In this document: positions 18,738-29,080 of the stretch, in pieces
How the letters are laid out: each line of letters begins with the position of its first letter
How positions within the stretch are numbered: position 1 is the first letter of the stretch
From: Candidatus Moanibacter sp.
GTDB taxonomy: Bacteria; Verrucomicrobiota; Verrucomicrobiia; Opitutales; UBA2987
DNA: 64,000 nt
Assembly: GCA_965215885.1 (NCBI GenBank)
Contig: CBDCEW010000004.1
Location: 1 to 64,000 of the forward strand
Direction: 5' to 3'
Notes under the pieces: generated by a model
Told to the model about the DNA's origin: nothing
Database searches by the model: none
Seen by the model: only the letters and a program-made list of their open reading frames with translations
Made by a program: the position numbers and the translations under genes

Positions 18738-18855
18738 CGCTCTGACCCCTTTTCCGCTCCTTTTCCGCTCCCACAATTCGGCCTCGCGGCCTCTTGTGCG
18801 AGCCTGTACGTGCCATCAATACATGTGCCCTGAACGAGCAAGGATTTGATACCTA

Positions 18856-19135
18856 TGGATGCTGCGAAACCGAACGTGATCATTGTCATAACGGACGACC
18901 AGGGATACGGTGACTTGGGGTGCCACGGCAACCCCGTCGCACAGACGCCGCAGCTGGACAGACTCCACGGACAGAGCGTCCGGTTTACGGACTTCCATGC
19001 AGCACCGATGTGCACACCAACGCGCGGGCAGTTGCTGACAGGGCTCGACGCGGCCCGCAACGGCGCCGTCAACGTCAGCAGCGGCCGTTCACTCCTGCGT
19101 CCAGAGCTGCAAACGATGGCCGACCTGTTCCTTGG
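18856..19135 (+). pseudogene. Arylsulfatase N-terminal fragment
   Basis: PNVIIVITDDQGYGD..MCTPTRGQLLTG; ends after ~90 aa. Confidence 0.85.
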
Positions 19136-19301
19136 ATATCGATATCAACCTTATGAAAATAACCTACTTAAGAGTTTCGCAGATCTCTCATGACGACTAC
19201 TTCAGGAGCAGAACCCTCTAAGCAGAGCAGTACTCGAACCGGATCGGTCGTGGGGGCTGCGAGTGCCACCAGGACTGGAAGTGAAATGAGGATTCGGCTG
19301 G

Positions 19302-19591
19302 TCAGTCAAGAATTCGAACGGGCACAATGACCGGCAGAGGGTCAACATCAAACGGGTACGGTTCGCAAACGATACGCTGTTCACTTACTGGTTTTACTTC
19401 AATCGTCACTCGGTCCTCCCAGCTTCGCCGAGGAACTTCGAGCAGGTCGAATTCATCGTCTCCAAGTCCCTTGGCGTCGCCCGATCGGGGTGGGATGAGA
19501 GCGGAACACAGTGACAGCGACAGCCCATCCAGGAGTTGCAACAGTCGACCATGCGGGTTTAAATGTTTCGTATCGGCCCAGGCCGCGCAAG
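19302..19591 (-). pseudogene. DUF3891-like C-terminal fragment truncated by IS
   Basis: [12 protein letters not shown] and EPYPFD motifs; the 5' end abuts the IS terminus. Confidence 0.5.
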
Positions 19592-21516
19592 CTAGACCTT
19601 ATCCGAAAAGCTACTGATTGGCCGCAAAGAGGCGCAAAAGGCGCAAGAAAAACTTGAGAAAAATCATTTTTTGGCTTGATAAAAAGTGTCGCAACATGCT
19701 AGTGTTTAACAACTTAAGATTAAGAAAGGAGTTAAACATGCCAACATGTGCGACAGAGGAGAACAAAAGCGATAAGACGCCCCTTAGCAACCTCATTCTG
19801 CCGGTTCCAGACACGGATTTCCGTGATTTTCTGGATGAAGTTGAAGAATTGGCCGGGTTCGCGGCGCAAATCATCGAGGCGATCGAGAAGGATCTGGACG
19901 CCCATGCGCGTGAGAAGAAGAAACTTCGATTGGAAGATCGCAGGTTCTTTGAAGGGCGCACAGCGGAGCTGCCGGAGCTGGACATCGAGGAGGAGAATAT
20001 TCTGGCTGCTGAATTGAATCTTGGGGCAGGCCGGCCGCGGATGCCGGCTTATGCGGTATACGTGTTCGTGATGATTCGAGGGTTTCTCTGGGTTCGTTGA
20101 CCACGAAACCGGCACGGCGGTTTGTGCGCGAGTCGATGAGCTTGTACGGATTTTTGCAGAGCGGGGGACTGAGAATGCCGGCGGTGACGACGATTCTGGA
20201 GAACGTGAACCTGGTCAGCCATACGACCCGCGAGTTGATCTTTGATAAACAGATTGGGTTTATCCTCCAGGAGCAATGGGACGATTTCGGGAAGCTGACG
20301 ATCGACAGCACCTCGGTGAAAGCAAACAGCTGCTGGCCCACCGATGGGAAGATTCTGAGCGGTCTTTTGATGCGGGCCAATCGTTTGGGTCAGAAGTTGC
20401 ATGTCTTCGGGCTGGAGGATTTTCGCAAGGGATGGGTTGGGCGTTGGCTGGAGGAAATGGACAAGCTGGAGTTTCAGATTTGTCTGGCCGCGGGCAAACC
20501 GAAGTCGAAGGGCAAGCTGAAGAAACACTACCGGCGGTTGCTCAAGCGGGGCCGCAAGGCGGCCGACTCACTAACGGGGGAACTGAGCCATCTTGAAGAG
20601 GGCCTGTCGATGGATTCACTGCCTCCCACTCGCCGGGAGCTTCTGGAGCGGGCATTGAGCCAGATCAGGGGCGATATTGCCGACGCCAAGCGGGTTGTTG
20701 AGTATGCTCATGATCGGGTGTTTCACGAAAAGAAGCTACCGTCCACACAGAAGGTCCTGAGCCTCTCGGACGGATCGGCGGCCTACATCAAGAAGGGCAG
20801 CCGCAATCCAGTGATCGGGTACAAGCCACAACTGGTTCGCAGCGAAAACGGTTTTGTCACCAGCCTGATCGTACCGCAAGGCAACGCGGCAGACTCCATT
20901 GAGCTGGCGCCGGCCATCGGCGATTCGATCAAGCGCACCGGTGTCATTGCTGAACTGGTCAGCACCGATGACGGATATGCTTCGGCGAAGGGACGCAAGG
21001 AGGTGCTGAGCATGGGGGTAAAGCAGATCAGTATCAGTGGGGCGAAGGGCAAGAAGTTGACCACCCCCGAGGACTGGGAGAGCGAGGCGTATCGCGAGGC
21101 ACGCCGCGATCGCTCCGCAGTGGAGTCGCTGATGTTCACGATTAAAGATGGATTTGCCTTTGGCGAACTCGGCCGCCGCGGCATCGATGCGGTAGGCGAT
21201 GAACTGCTCGAGAAGGTTCTGGCCTACAACTTCTGCCGCATCATACTGATGAAGAAACGCCGAGGGGAGGAACTGGAACAGGCAGCCTGAATCTGACCGC
21301 TTTGAAGCTCAGAGAAAAAAGCACCACGGGATGAGTATGCCTCCAGACAGCGGCAAATATACGTATTGTGCAGCAAGCCACGCCGATGGCCGCTCAATAC
21401 CTGCTCATCGGCAGCGCCGGCAGCCTAAAACCCGAAACCTGCCAGCCATAGGCTGGTCCGCCCGTGGCGGAGAACCTTAAACCGCCCGCTCGAAAGGCTT
21501 TTCGAATGGGGTCTAG
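19592..21516 (+). mobile_element. ISNCY/IS5-like insertion sequence
   Basis: IRs CTAGACCTTATCCGAAAAG / rc CTAGACCCCATTCGAAAAG, CTAG at both ends. Confidence 0.85.
19738..21290 (+). pseudogene. DDE transposase (ISNCY/IS5-like), frameshift near 20085
   Basis: GRP, IDSTSVKANSCWPTD, TDDGY, RSAVESLMFTIK; TTTCTCTGGGT carries an extra CT splitting RGFL/GSLTTK; AAGGAG RBS. Confidence 0.85.
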
Positions 21517-21548
21517 TTATGTTAAAAGAACGAATCGGAGCTTTTCAT

Positions 21549-22067
21549 ATGAAAAGCATATTCTGTCTGGCAGTGCTGCTATTTCCTGGATGATCTATGC
21601 GGGCTGAACCGTTTTTCGAAGAAGTTCTGGTCTGGGATTTCAAGGAAGGGGGATACGACACTCATCATGTCTACGGCTTTGTCGTTACCCAAAAGGGAAC
21701 GGTTCTAGCCTTTAGCGAGGGCCGGGAAAAGGCAAAGGACGACAATGGACCGAAGGACCAGATGCTCAAGCGCAGTACCGACGGCGGCCGTACCTGGGGC
21801 AAGGATATTTATATCGAAAGAAAAGAGGGTGCCTACTGGAACGCCAACGGGCATCCGGGAGTTAAAGAGAACTGGACCAACTACTCGGATTTAGCGGTGC
21901 TGGAGGATAAAACCATTCTTCTGCTCTATGCCAAGGGAACTGGTTTTGATCAACAGAAGGTTGTCTGTATACGATTTAATGTGGAATGGTTGACAGACAG
22001 TAAAGATAGTCTGGTAGCAAAACCGGTCCACATTGAGAATAACCAATCTGCCCCGCAGGATTATTAA
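21549..22067 (+). pseudogene. Sialidase/BNR protein remnant (nonsense codon + internal deletion)
   Basis: Signal peptide broken by TGA at 21591; AFSEGR, RSTDGGRTW N-part joined directly to YSDLAVL C-part. Confidence 0.75.
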
Positions 22068-22168
22068 AAGTTCACGTGTCGTTCAGGGGCTGTTGAGAAG
22101 AACATGACTAAACGACGCAGTCGGACATGCTAAGCATGCCGCTGATCTCATGCGTTGGCTTTGAAAAA

Positions 22169-22576
22169 ATGAAGAAAAGAAAATCAACCACCGATAACAC
22201 CGATAAAGGGAATCCGCTCTTTAAAGATGAATCGGACCAGCTCATTGGATGTGCAATCAAAGTGCATAATGGAATTGGCCATGGTTTTCATGAAAAGCCC
22301 TACGAGAATGGCCTTGTGGTTGAGTTTCGCTATCAAAAAATAGAATACGAGCGACAGCGTAAATTCGACATCACCTACAGAGAAGAAAAGGTGGGAGAAT
22401 ATATCCCCGACCTGCTTGTTTTCGGAAAGATGGTCGTTGATGCCAAAGTGATTGAAAGAATAACTGACTCTGAAATTGGAAGGATGATGAATTATCTAAA
22501 AGTCACCGGTTATCGTTTAGGATACATAATCAACTTCAAACACCCAAAATTGGAATGGATACGAGTCATAAAATGA
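22169..22576 (+). CDS. GxxExxY protein (PD-(D/E)XK-like fold)
   Basis: AIKVHNGIGHGFHEKPYEN, PDLLV..VVDAK, NYLK..G..INF. Confidence 0.93.
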   Translation: MKKRKSTTDNTDKGNPLFKDESDQLIGCAIKVHNGIGHGFHEKPYENGLVVEFRYQKIEYERQRKFDITYREEKVGEYIPDLLVFGKMVVDAKVIERITDSEIGRMMNYLKVTGYRLGYIINFKHPKLEWIRVIK

Positions 22577-22615
22577 ATTCTCTTATCGGTGTTCATCGGT
22601 GTCATCGGTGGTTGA
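22184..22615. repeat. Inverted tandem-unit repeats bracketing the GxxExxY gene
   Basis: TCAACCACCGATAACACCGATAAAGGGAAT (22184-22213) vs rc of 22577-22615 TCAACCACCGATGACACCGATGAACACCGATAAGAGAAT. Confidence 0.9.
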
Positions 22616-22703
22616 AAATAAACTTGAGCCAACCAGCGAGTCAGCACGCCGGCGCAACGCGAAGCTGGACGCATTCCACTGCCCGAAGGAGACGTGAAGC
22701 ACC

Positions 22704-24080
22704 ATGAAAACACCGAATATCCTCCTGATAGTCAGCGACGAGCACGCGCCGCAGTTCTGCGGTTGCTACGGGCACCCTGTCGTCCAGACCCCGAACCTTG
22801 ATCGGCTCGCGGCCGAGGGCACGCTGTTCGAAAACGCCTACAGCAACTGCCCGATCTGCGCGCCGGCACGCGCGGCGCTCATGACCGGGCGCTACGTCCA
22901 CGATATTGAGGTGTGGGACAACAATTCGCCGCTGGACAACTCGATCCCGACCATCGGCACCTATCTGACAAACCTGGGGTACGAAACGACGCTCTGCGGA
23001 CGTACGCATTTTGTGGGCGCCGATTCCTACCATGGTTTCCAGCACCGTCTGCTGGATGACCTCGAGAAATGGAAACACCTCGGCAGAAGAACCGCATCAG
23101 ACCGTTCCCCACAAGCCCAGCGCCACAGCCGTTCGCACGTGACTGAGTGCGGTGCCTGCGAAGAGCATGTGCAGCTGGACTACGACAAGCACGCGGCTGA
23201 CTTGTCCGTACGGTTTCTGGAAGAAAGGGCGAGCCGGTCCGGGAACACTGAGCCGTGGTTGCTGTATTGCGGTTTTATCAATCCGCATTTCCCGCTGCTC
23301 TGCCCCGAAGACTACTTCAAGGCGTATGACCGTCCGGACCTTCCACTGGCCAGGACCCGCGGGGAACTGCTGGAATCCCAGCACCCCGCCATCCGCCAAC
23401 TCCGACACTGGCAGCACGGCGAGGACCTGGTCGACGAACAAGTGGAACGTACGGCACGGGCCGCCTATTGTGGATTGATCACCTGGACCGACGCCCAGAT
23501 CGGGCGTATGCTCTCGGTGATCGACAACTCGCGGCTCAATGACAACACCGTCGTGATCTATCTGAGCGACCACGGCGAGAACGCGGGCGAGCACGGACTG
23601 TGGCAGAAGCAGTGCTTCTACGAGCACGCGGTGCGAATACCTTTCATCGCGCGTGCCCCGAATGCGCCGACCGAACGGCGTGTCTTGGGCGACGTCAGTC
23701 TCGTGGATGTCCTGCCAAGCCTGCTCGTTTTTGCCGGCGGTAGGCCCGAGGCCCATCTGCCAGGCCGAGATCTGAGCGCCGTTATTCGCGGAGAGGCAAG
23801 CCCCGGCGGTCCGGTTTTCAGCGAGTATCACACCTTCGGCATGGAGCACGCCGGATACATGCTCAAGCAGGGCCGGTACAAGTACAACTACTACGTCAAC
23901 CATTCACCACAGCTCTTTGATTTGGCGACCGATCCGGACGAACTTAGGGACCTCAGTATCAGCCCCGATTACCAATCGATCCGTGAAGACCTGGACCAAC
24001 AACTACACGCTCTTGTCGATCCGGAAGTGATCGACCGCAAGGCCAAACAGGACCAGGCAAAGCCCCGCTTCAACGGGTAA
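22704..24080 (+). CDS. Sulfatase (choline-sulfatase-like)
   Basis: SDEH, CAPARAALMTGRY, NPHFP, SDHGE. Confidence 0.93.
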   Translation: MKTPNILLIVSDEHAPQFCGCYGHPVVQTPNLDRLAAEGTLFENAYSNCPICAPARAALMTGRYVHDIEVWDNNSPLDNSIPTIGTYLTNLGYETTLCGRTHFVGADSYHGFQHRLLDDLEKWKHLGRRTASDRSPQAQRHSRSHVTECGACEEHVQLDYDKHAADLSVRFLEERASRSGNTEPWLLYCGFINPHFPLLCPEDYFKAYDRPDLPLARTRGELLESQHPAIRQLRHWQHGEDLVDEQVERTARAAYCGLITWTDAQIGRMLSVIDNSRLNDNTVVIYLSDHGENAGEHGLWQKQCFYEHAVRIPFIARAPNAPTERRVLGDVSLVDVLPSLLVFAGGRPEAHLPGRDLSAVIRGEASPGGPVFSEYHTFGMEHAGYMLKQGRYKYNYYVNHSPQLFDLATDPDELRDLSISPDYQSIREDLDQQLHALVDPEVIDRKAKQDQAKPRFNG

Positions 24081-24197
24081 CTAACAAGCCAAAGTAAAAA
24101 CCCGTGATTGACCAGCCGAACGACGCGAGGACTGGGGGCAACCCTTAACCCACCACTTATGTTCGTTCCGGGCAGAAGGCACAGGGCTGAGCAATCT

Positions 24198-24255
24198 GCC
24201 GAACCAGGCACTCCACGGTACGGCGCACCGCCGCCCGTGAGTGCAGTCGTTGGCC
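24198..24255 (+). other. Solitary attC site (58 bp)
   Basis: GCCGAAC-CAG-GCACTCCACGG...CCGTGAGTGC-AGTC-GTTGGCC with an extrahelical base. Confidence 0.82.
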
Positions 24256-24265
24256 ACACACATTT

Positions 24266-24766
24266 GGAGCAACTCATGTTTTCTGTAAATACTCTGACCC
24301 GGAGGCCGATGAGTTCGTGGCATAGCATCAGGACGTTACCTACTGGGGGCTCTATCCACCGGTCGCCCATACTGCCTGGATCGCGGTCGACGATAGCGAT
24401 TTGGAAAATGGTTGTATGTTGGTCATTCCCGGTTCCCATTGGAACGGGCTTCTTGAGCATGGGAAATCATCGCAGAAAGGAAATCTTCTCAGCGTTAACC
24501 AAGAGGTTTCACCTGATCTCTTCGACGAGGGCAAGAGCGATGCCCTCGAATTAAGGGCCGGGCAGATCTCGGTTCATCGCGGCGCCGTTATTCATGCAAG
24601 TCAGCCTAACCGGTCCAATCGGCGACGTTGTGGCTTGACCGTTCGTTTTGTTGAGCCGTGCGTCAAGCAGGAACGTCCGAATTCCAAGGTGGGGGTTTGG
24701 AAGGGAATCCTGGTGCGCGGCGAAGACCGCTACGGGCACTTTCCGGAAACCCCTCCTCCTTTTTGA
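24266..24766 (+). pseudogene. PhyH-family Fe(II)/2OG dioxygenase, 5'-truncated with in-frame TAG
   Basis: FVA*HQDVTYW (TAG 24323), AWIAVDD, ENGCM..IPGSH, IHASQPN.S.RRR. Confidence 0.85.
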
Positions 24767-25099
24767 CCGCAACGTTTAAAACGGCTTCTTAAGCGCCAGC
24801 GCGCTTCCTACGCTTGGCGGTGATCGAGGTGGCCAATTTTCGCCGAACCACCGTGAGGGTAGGAAGCTCGCTCGCGAGCGAATCGAGATGTCCATTAGCA
24901 AGGCAGATTTCGTCGATATTCCCGGCGCAGGCAAGATTGTCCATGATGCGTAGAAAGTAGGCGTGATTGGAATCTGGGACAATCGGCAACATAATCTTAC
25001 AAATATGCTATGAATATTATATACTTCCTGTATCAATTGCTGAGTGAAAATGTTATTATCCCATTCTTGGAATCTTAATGAAGTTACAAATAGACAAGA

Positions 25100-25716
25100 T
25101 TGTACCGAGTACGAACCATTGAAAGAGGATTTTGATCGGGACGGGTACGCAGTTATCCGGTCGTTTCTGGCCGGGGAGGAACTCGAGGTACTACTGCAGG
25201 CAATTGAGCGGTATAGGAGTGAGGTTCTACCGATGGCTATGCCAGGGACGTACGAAAAACCCGGAGATGAAGAGACCCTGAAGTCCATGAGCAATATGGA
25301 TTACTACAATCCGTTTTTCGAAGATTACCTCCTCAAAAACAGGAGGATAGAACGTTTGGCCTGGGGTTTGTTGGACCAGCCGGTGATTATTCGCAATGTT
25401 CAGTGGTTCAACAATTCCGGGATCCCATCGAAGCGATCTCCGTAACCACGACGTCTCCCAAGTGAGGGGATTCTCAAAGCGTATCGTTGATTACGGTGAG
25501 CGGGATCGAAGCGAAGAGGTCGCGATACCCGCGGAGCCGGGTGACCTCCTCATTCACGATATCATGACTGTCCACCGCACCGATCCCAACGAAAGCAAAC
25601 TCCACCGGCGGGCGATCGGTTTTCAGGTTAAATCGACCCGCGCTGTCGAGACGAACCCAAGAGCCTATCGGCCGGAGACGCGAACCTTTGGCAGAGCCGA
25701 AAACCCCAGGAATTGA
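25100..25716 (+). pseudogene. PhyH-family dioxygenase with internal deletion and frameshift
   Basis: FDRDGYAVIRSFL N-part; QWFN jumps to IPGSH in another frame, HxD segment missing; PGDLLIH..TVH. Confidence 0.78.
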
Positions 25717-25741
25717 TTGTGCTGAAAAGGATCCAAATTGT

Positions 25742-27433
25742 ATGAAATCCATATCTGACTCGCAGAAATTCACCATCGCCGACAATGACAGCTATCCGGC
25801 TGACTTTCACTGCCCGAACCCGCGCGGCTGGTATCATTCGGTAGCAAATGTGGAGGACACGCCGGAGGGGCTTGTAGCGGTCTACCGCCTGTCTGATTCC
25901 CATACCGCCGTCTACACCCATATTATGGTGGCCTATTCGATGGACGGCGGCAAAACTTGGGGTGGTCACCGCTCGATTACCCACAATAACGTTTGGGAAC
26001 ATCATCGCGTCTGGGTCGCCCCGCAGTTGAGCCGCTTGCGCGATGGGCGGCTGGTCATCATCTGCGACCTTGCCCACCGGACTTCGCATGACGACTGGCC
26101 GCCGTTGACCCGGTGGCAACAGCACCCGCCGAGAGGAATGTGGAACTGCCTCTTCTGGAGCGATGACAATGGCAGAACCTGGAGCGAGCCGGTCGAATGC
26201 GATGACGTGGGCGGCGAGCCGGGCTACATCGTGGAGTTGCTCGACGGCACGCTCCTTTATACGCGTACCGAGTCGGCCCGGTCGGAGCTGCTCAATGACG
26301 GTCCGTTGCCTTGGGGCGATATCTACTACCGCAATCGTGCCGTGTTTTCGGACGACAAGGGTAAGACGTGGAAACGCAATACCCTCGTTACCGATGCGCC
26401 CTTCCAGGGGGACTGCGAGGTGGGAGTGGTCGAAGTGGAACCCAACCATTTGCTTGCCGCGACAAGAATTGGATTTGGAGGCGGGCGCTTCGGCCAGCCG
26501 AGTCGGCTTGTTCACAGCTATGATGGCGGGCGGACCTGGGAGAAACCGACTCTGGCTCCTTTTTACGGCCAGCGTACGATCATCAGAAAGCTGCAATCCG
26601 GAAACCTTCTCGTAACCTATCGCAATCGTTGGGGTACTCCCGCCAGTTACGCTTTCACCTGGAACCCTGAGGAGACGCTGTCCTTCGAGCCCAATGCCTT
26701 TATCTGGGACGAGTCCCGGTGTCGGATGGAGGACGGTGCGATGGTTCTTTCGACTGAAGGCACGCGCGAGAGCGAGGTTTTATTCGGGCTCTACCCGGCC
26801 CTGACTGATGAGTCGGAGGTCGACCTCTCCGCGACGTTGCGCATCCCGGATGCAGACCTTGAGGGGGCGTTGGTCAGCGCTGGGTTTCTCGTTCGAATTG
26901 GCGCGAAAGGGGTCTTTCTGGTCGAAGATGAAAGCAAGAGAATCGACGCTACCGGCACCCAGACTACGGAAGCCGCCGCGGCCTCCGGGGAATTTGGATT
27001 TTCAAATGGAGGAACGGATTGGCACACCTACAGGTTCGTTCGCAGTGGCGGGCAACTGCAGATATTTGTTGACGGGGAGATCAAACTCGAGCGGGCATCT
27101 TCGGAGCACGCGGTCAGGGAGGTGCGATTCGGGAGCGAGCTCAAGAGTGTGAATCTCTGGCGCTCCATTACTGCAAAAGTGAAGAACCCCGGCGACTATT
27201 CAATTGACTGGTCGTGGGACGCGGCCTCGGGAAAGTACCCGGATCAATTTCGGCGTGATCGGATGGTCGTTCTCGACTATACGGCCGACTCAGGATACAG
27301 CGGGTGGACGCAGCGAACGGACGGTTCCATCGTTATCGTCGATTACACGAACGATGATATCGGCTGGGCCGGCGCTCTCGCCCCGCAACCGATTCTGCGC
27401 GCCTATGTTGTGAAAGAGGAGGATCTTACCTAA
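25742..27433 (+). CDS. BNR/Asp-box (sialidase-like) beta-propeller protein
   Basis: SMDGGKTW, SDDNGRTW, SDDKGKTW, SYDGGRTW Asp-boxes; beta-sandwich-like insert. Confidence 0.88.
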   Translation: MKSISDSQKFTIADNDSYPADFHCPNPRGWYHSVANVEDTPEGLVAVYRLSDSHTAVYTHIMVAYSMDGGKTWGGHRSITHNNVWEHHRVWVAPQLSRLRDGRLVIICDLAHRTSHDDWPPLTRWQQHPPRGMWNCLFWSDDNGRTWSEPVECDDVGGEPGYIVELLDGTLLYTRTESARSELLNDGPLPWGDIYYRNRAVFSDDKGKTWKRNTLVTDAPFQGDCEVGVVEVEPNHLLAATRIGFGGGRFGQPSRLVHSYDGGRTWEKPTLAPFYGQRTIIRKLQSGNLLVTYRNRWGTPASYAFTWNPEETLSFEPNAFIWDESRCRMEDGAMVLSTEGTRESEVLFGLYPALTDESEVDLSATLRIPDADLEGALVSAGFLVRIGAKGVFLVEDESKRIDATGTQTTEAAAASGEFGFSNGGTDWHTYRFVRSGGQLQIFVDGEIKLERASSEHAVREVRFGSELKSVNLWRSITAKVKNPGDYSIDWSWDAASGKYPDQFRRDRMVVLDYTADSGYSGWTQRTDGSIVIVDYTNDDIGWAGALAPQPILRAYVVKEEDLT

Positions 27434-27648
27434 CGGCATACTGGCAGCCTTATAGTCCGCAAAGTCCGACAGGCTGTTAGGGGCTATCACTGTGCAGGTC
27501 CTCGACCGCCCATTACGCCTCCAGGTCTTCTTGGCGGAATGGTCGGGTTACTTTCTGAATACCAGAAGGGAACTCGCAATCGGAAATTCGAATTGCCTGG
27601 TGGCAGACACCGTTGGCATGATGGTAAGGAGAATCCGTTTCTGAAGAT

Positions 27649-28674
27649 ATGAATGATCAGATCAAGTTAAGCAGGATTGGAAATACGGGTGTCGAAATCA
27701 CGGAGTTGGGTTTCGGTGGGGCGCCCATGGGGGACTTGTTCGAGTGCTTGGGAGAAGCGGAGGTCCAGGCGACTTTGGAGGCCGCATGGGAGTCGGGTAT
27801 TCGCTATTTCGATACCGCGCCATACTATGGGCATGGCAAGAGCGAGTTGAGATTCGGCCATTTTCTGCGGCAGCGATCGAGAGATGACTTTGTTCTTTCG
27901 ACAAAGGTTGGTCGAGTTTTGAGGGCGCCTCATGATCCTGGGGATTTCAGGGCCGAGTTCTGGACCGGCGCTTTGCCTTTTGATTTCGATTTCGACTACA
28001 GCTACGACGGCATCATGCGTTCCTACGAGGACAGTATGCAGAGGCTTGGGCTGAACAGGATCGACCTCCTTCTCATCCATGATCTCGATTGCTGGCATCA
28101 CGAGAATGAAGACCTCTTCCAGTCGCACCTCAGCCAGTTGCTCGGGAGTGGTTGGCGTGCACTTGAGGAATTGAAAGGGAGGGGAAGTATCGGAGGTGTC
28201 GGCGCCGGCATCAACCTTTCAGGAATTATCCCCCGTTTCCTCGATTGCATGGAGCTTGACTTTTTCATTGTAGCGATGCCCTACACGCTTCTCGACCAGG
28301 GAGCATTGGATGTCGAGTTTCCGCTTTGCGAAGAGCGTGGTGTCGGAGTAGTGATCGGTGCGGTGTTTGCCTCAGGGATTCTTGCCACTGGTCCGGTCGA
28401 GGGTGCTGTTTACGGCTACAAACCCGCTTCAGTGGAAATATTGGAAAAGACGAAGAGCATACAATCGGTTTGTCAGAAGTTTCAGGTACCGCTAATCGCG
28501 GCTGCCATGCAGTTTCCTCTCGCACATCCAGTGGTCGCAGCGATTATACCCGGCGCAACTCAGCCGGAGTTCGTAGAGTCGAATCGAGAAATGGTTGCGC
28601 TTGAGATCCCTGCTGAATTCTGGACCGAACTGAAGATGGAAGGACTTATCAGGGAGGACGCACCAACCCCTTAG
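27649..28674 (+). CDS. Aldo/keto reductase (D-threo-aldose/L-fucose 1-dehydrogenase-like)
   Basis: FDTAPYYG, STKVGR, FDYSYDG, LIHD. Confidence 0.9.
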   Translation: MNDQIKLSRIGNTGVEITELGFGGAPMGDLFECLGEAEVQATLEAAWESGIRYFDTAPYYGHGKSELRFGHFLRQRSRDDFVLSTKVGRVLRAPHDPGDFRAEFWTGALPFDFDFDYSYDGIMRSYEDSMQRLGLNRIDLLLIHDLDCWHHENEDLFQSHLSQLLGSGWRALEELKGRGSIGGVGAGINLSGIIPRFLDCMELDFFIVAMPYTLLDQGALDVEFPLCEERGVGVVIGAVFASGILATGPVEGAVYGYKPASVEILEKTKSIQSVCQKFQVPLIAAAMQFPLAHPVVAAIIPGATQPEFVESNREMVALEIPAEFWTELKMEGLIREDAPTP

Positions 28675-29080
28675 GCTGGAGAGTGACTGATGCAACCTTT
28701 CCCGACTTTCGTGCGATTCAACACTACTGGAAGAACTGGGATCTCAAGGGAGTGGAGCACGGCAGCAGCTACTACGAAAAGCACGACGGCCTGTGATTGC
28801 GAGGAAGAATGACTAAGCAATCCAGGCATTTTGGGTTCTCCTGTTAACCTAGACCGGATTGCCGCGATCTAAGGCGTTTCAGACATCATCCCGTTAGATG
28901 GAAGAGAAATGTGTACGGCGATCCCGATCAGCTAGCAGCCTTCGGACTTCGTTCACAACCTCCTGGCACAGATCGCGGAGTGATTAGGAAGATGTCGGTC
29001 GTGGAATCGGCCGCGATCCAGGAATGCACCCAAAATGCAGAACCGCGCCGAAAATTCGCAAAGCGAAGTCCGACAGATTC

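Noticed and set aside
24776..24992. Possible transposase C-terminal remnant on the minus strand
   Set aside because: Too short and no catalytic motif
27428..27482. ACCTAAC...GTTAGGG after the BNR gene as another attC
   Set aside because: The inverted arm abuts GTT with wrong L/R spacing; CGACAGGCTGTTAG recurs at ~37799, suggesting an IS/MITE end remnant
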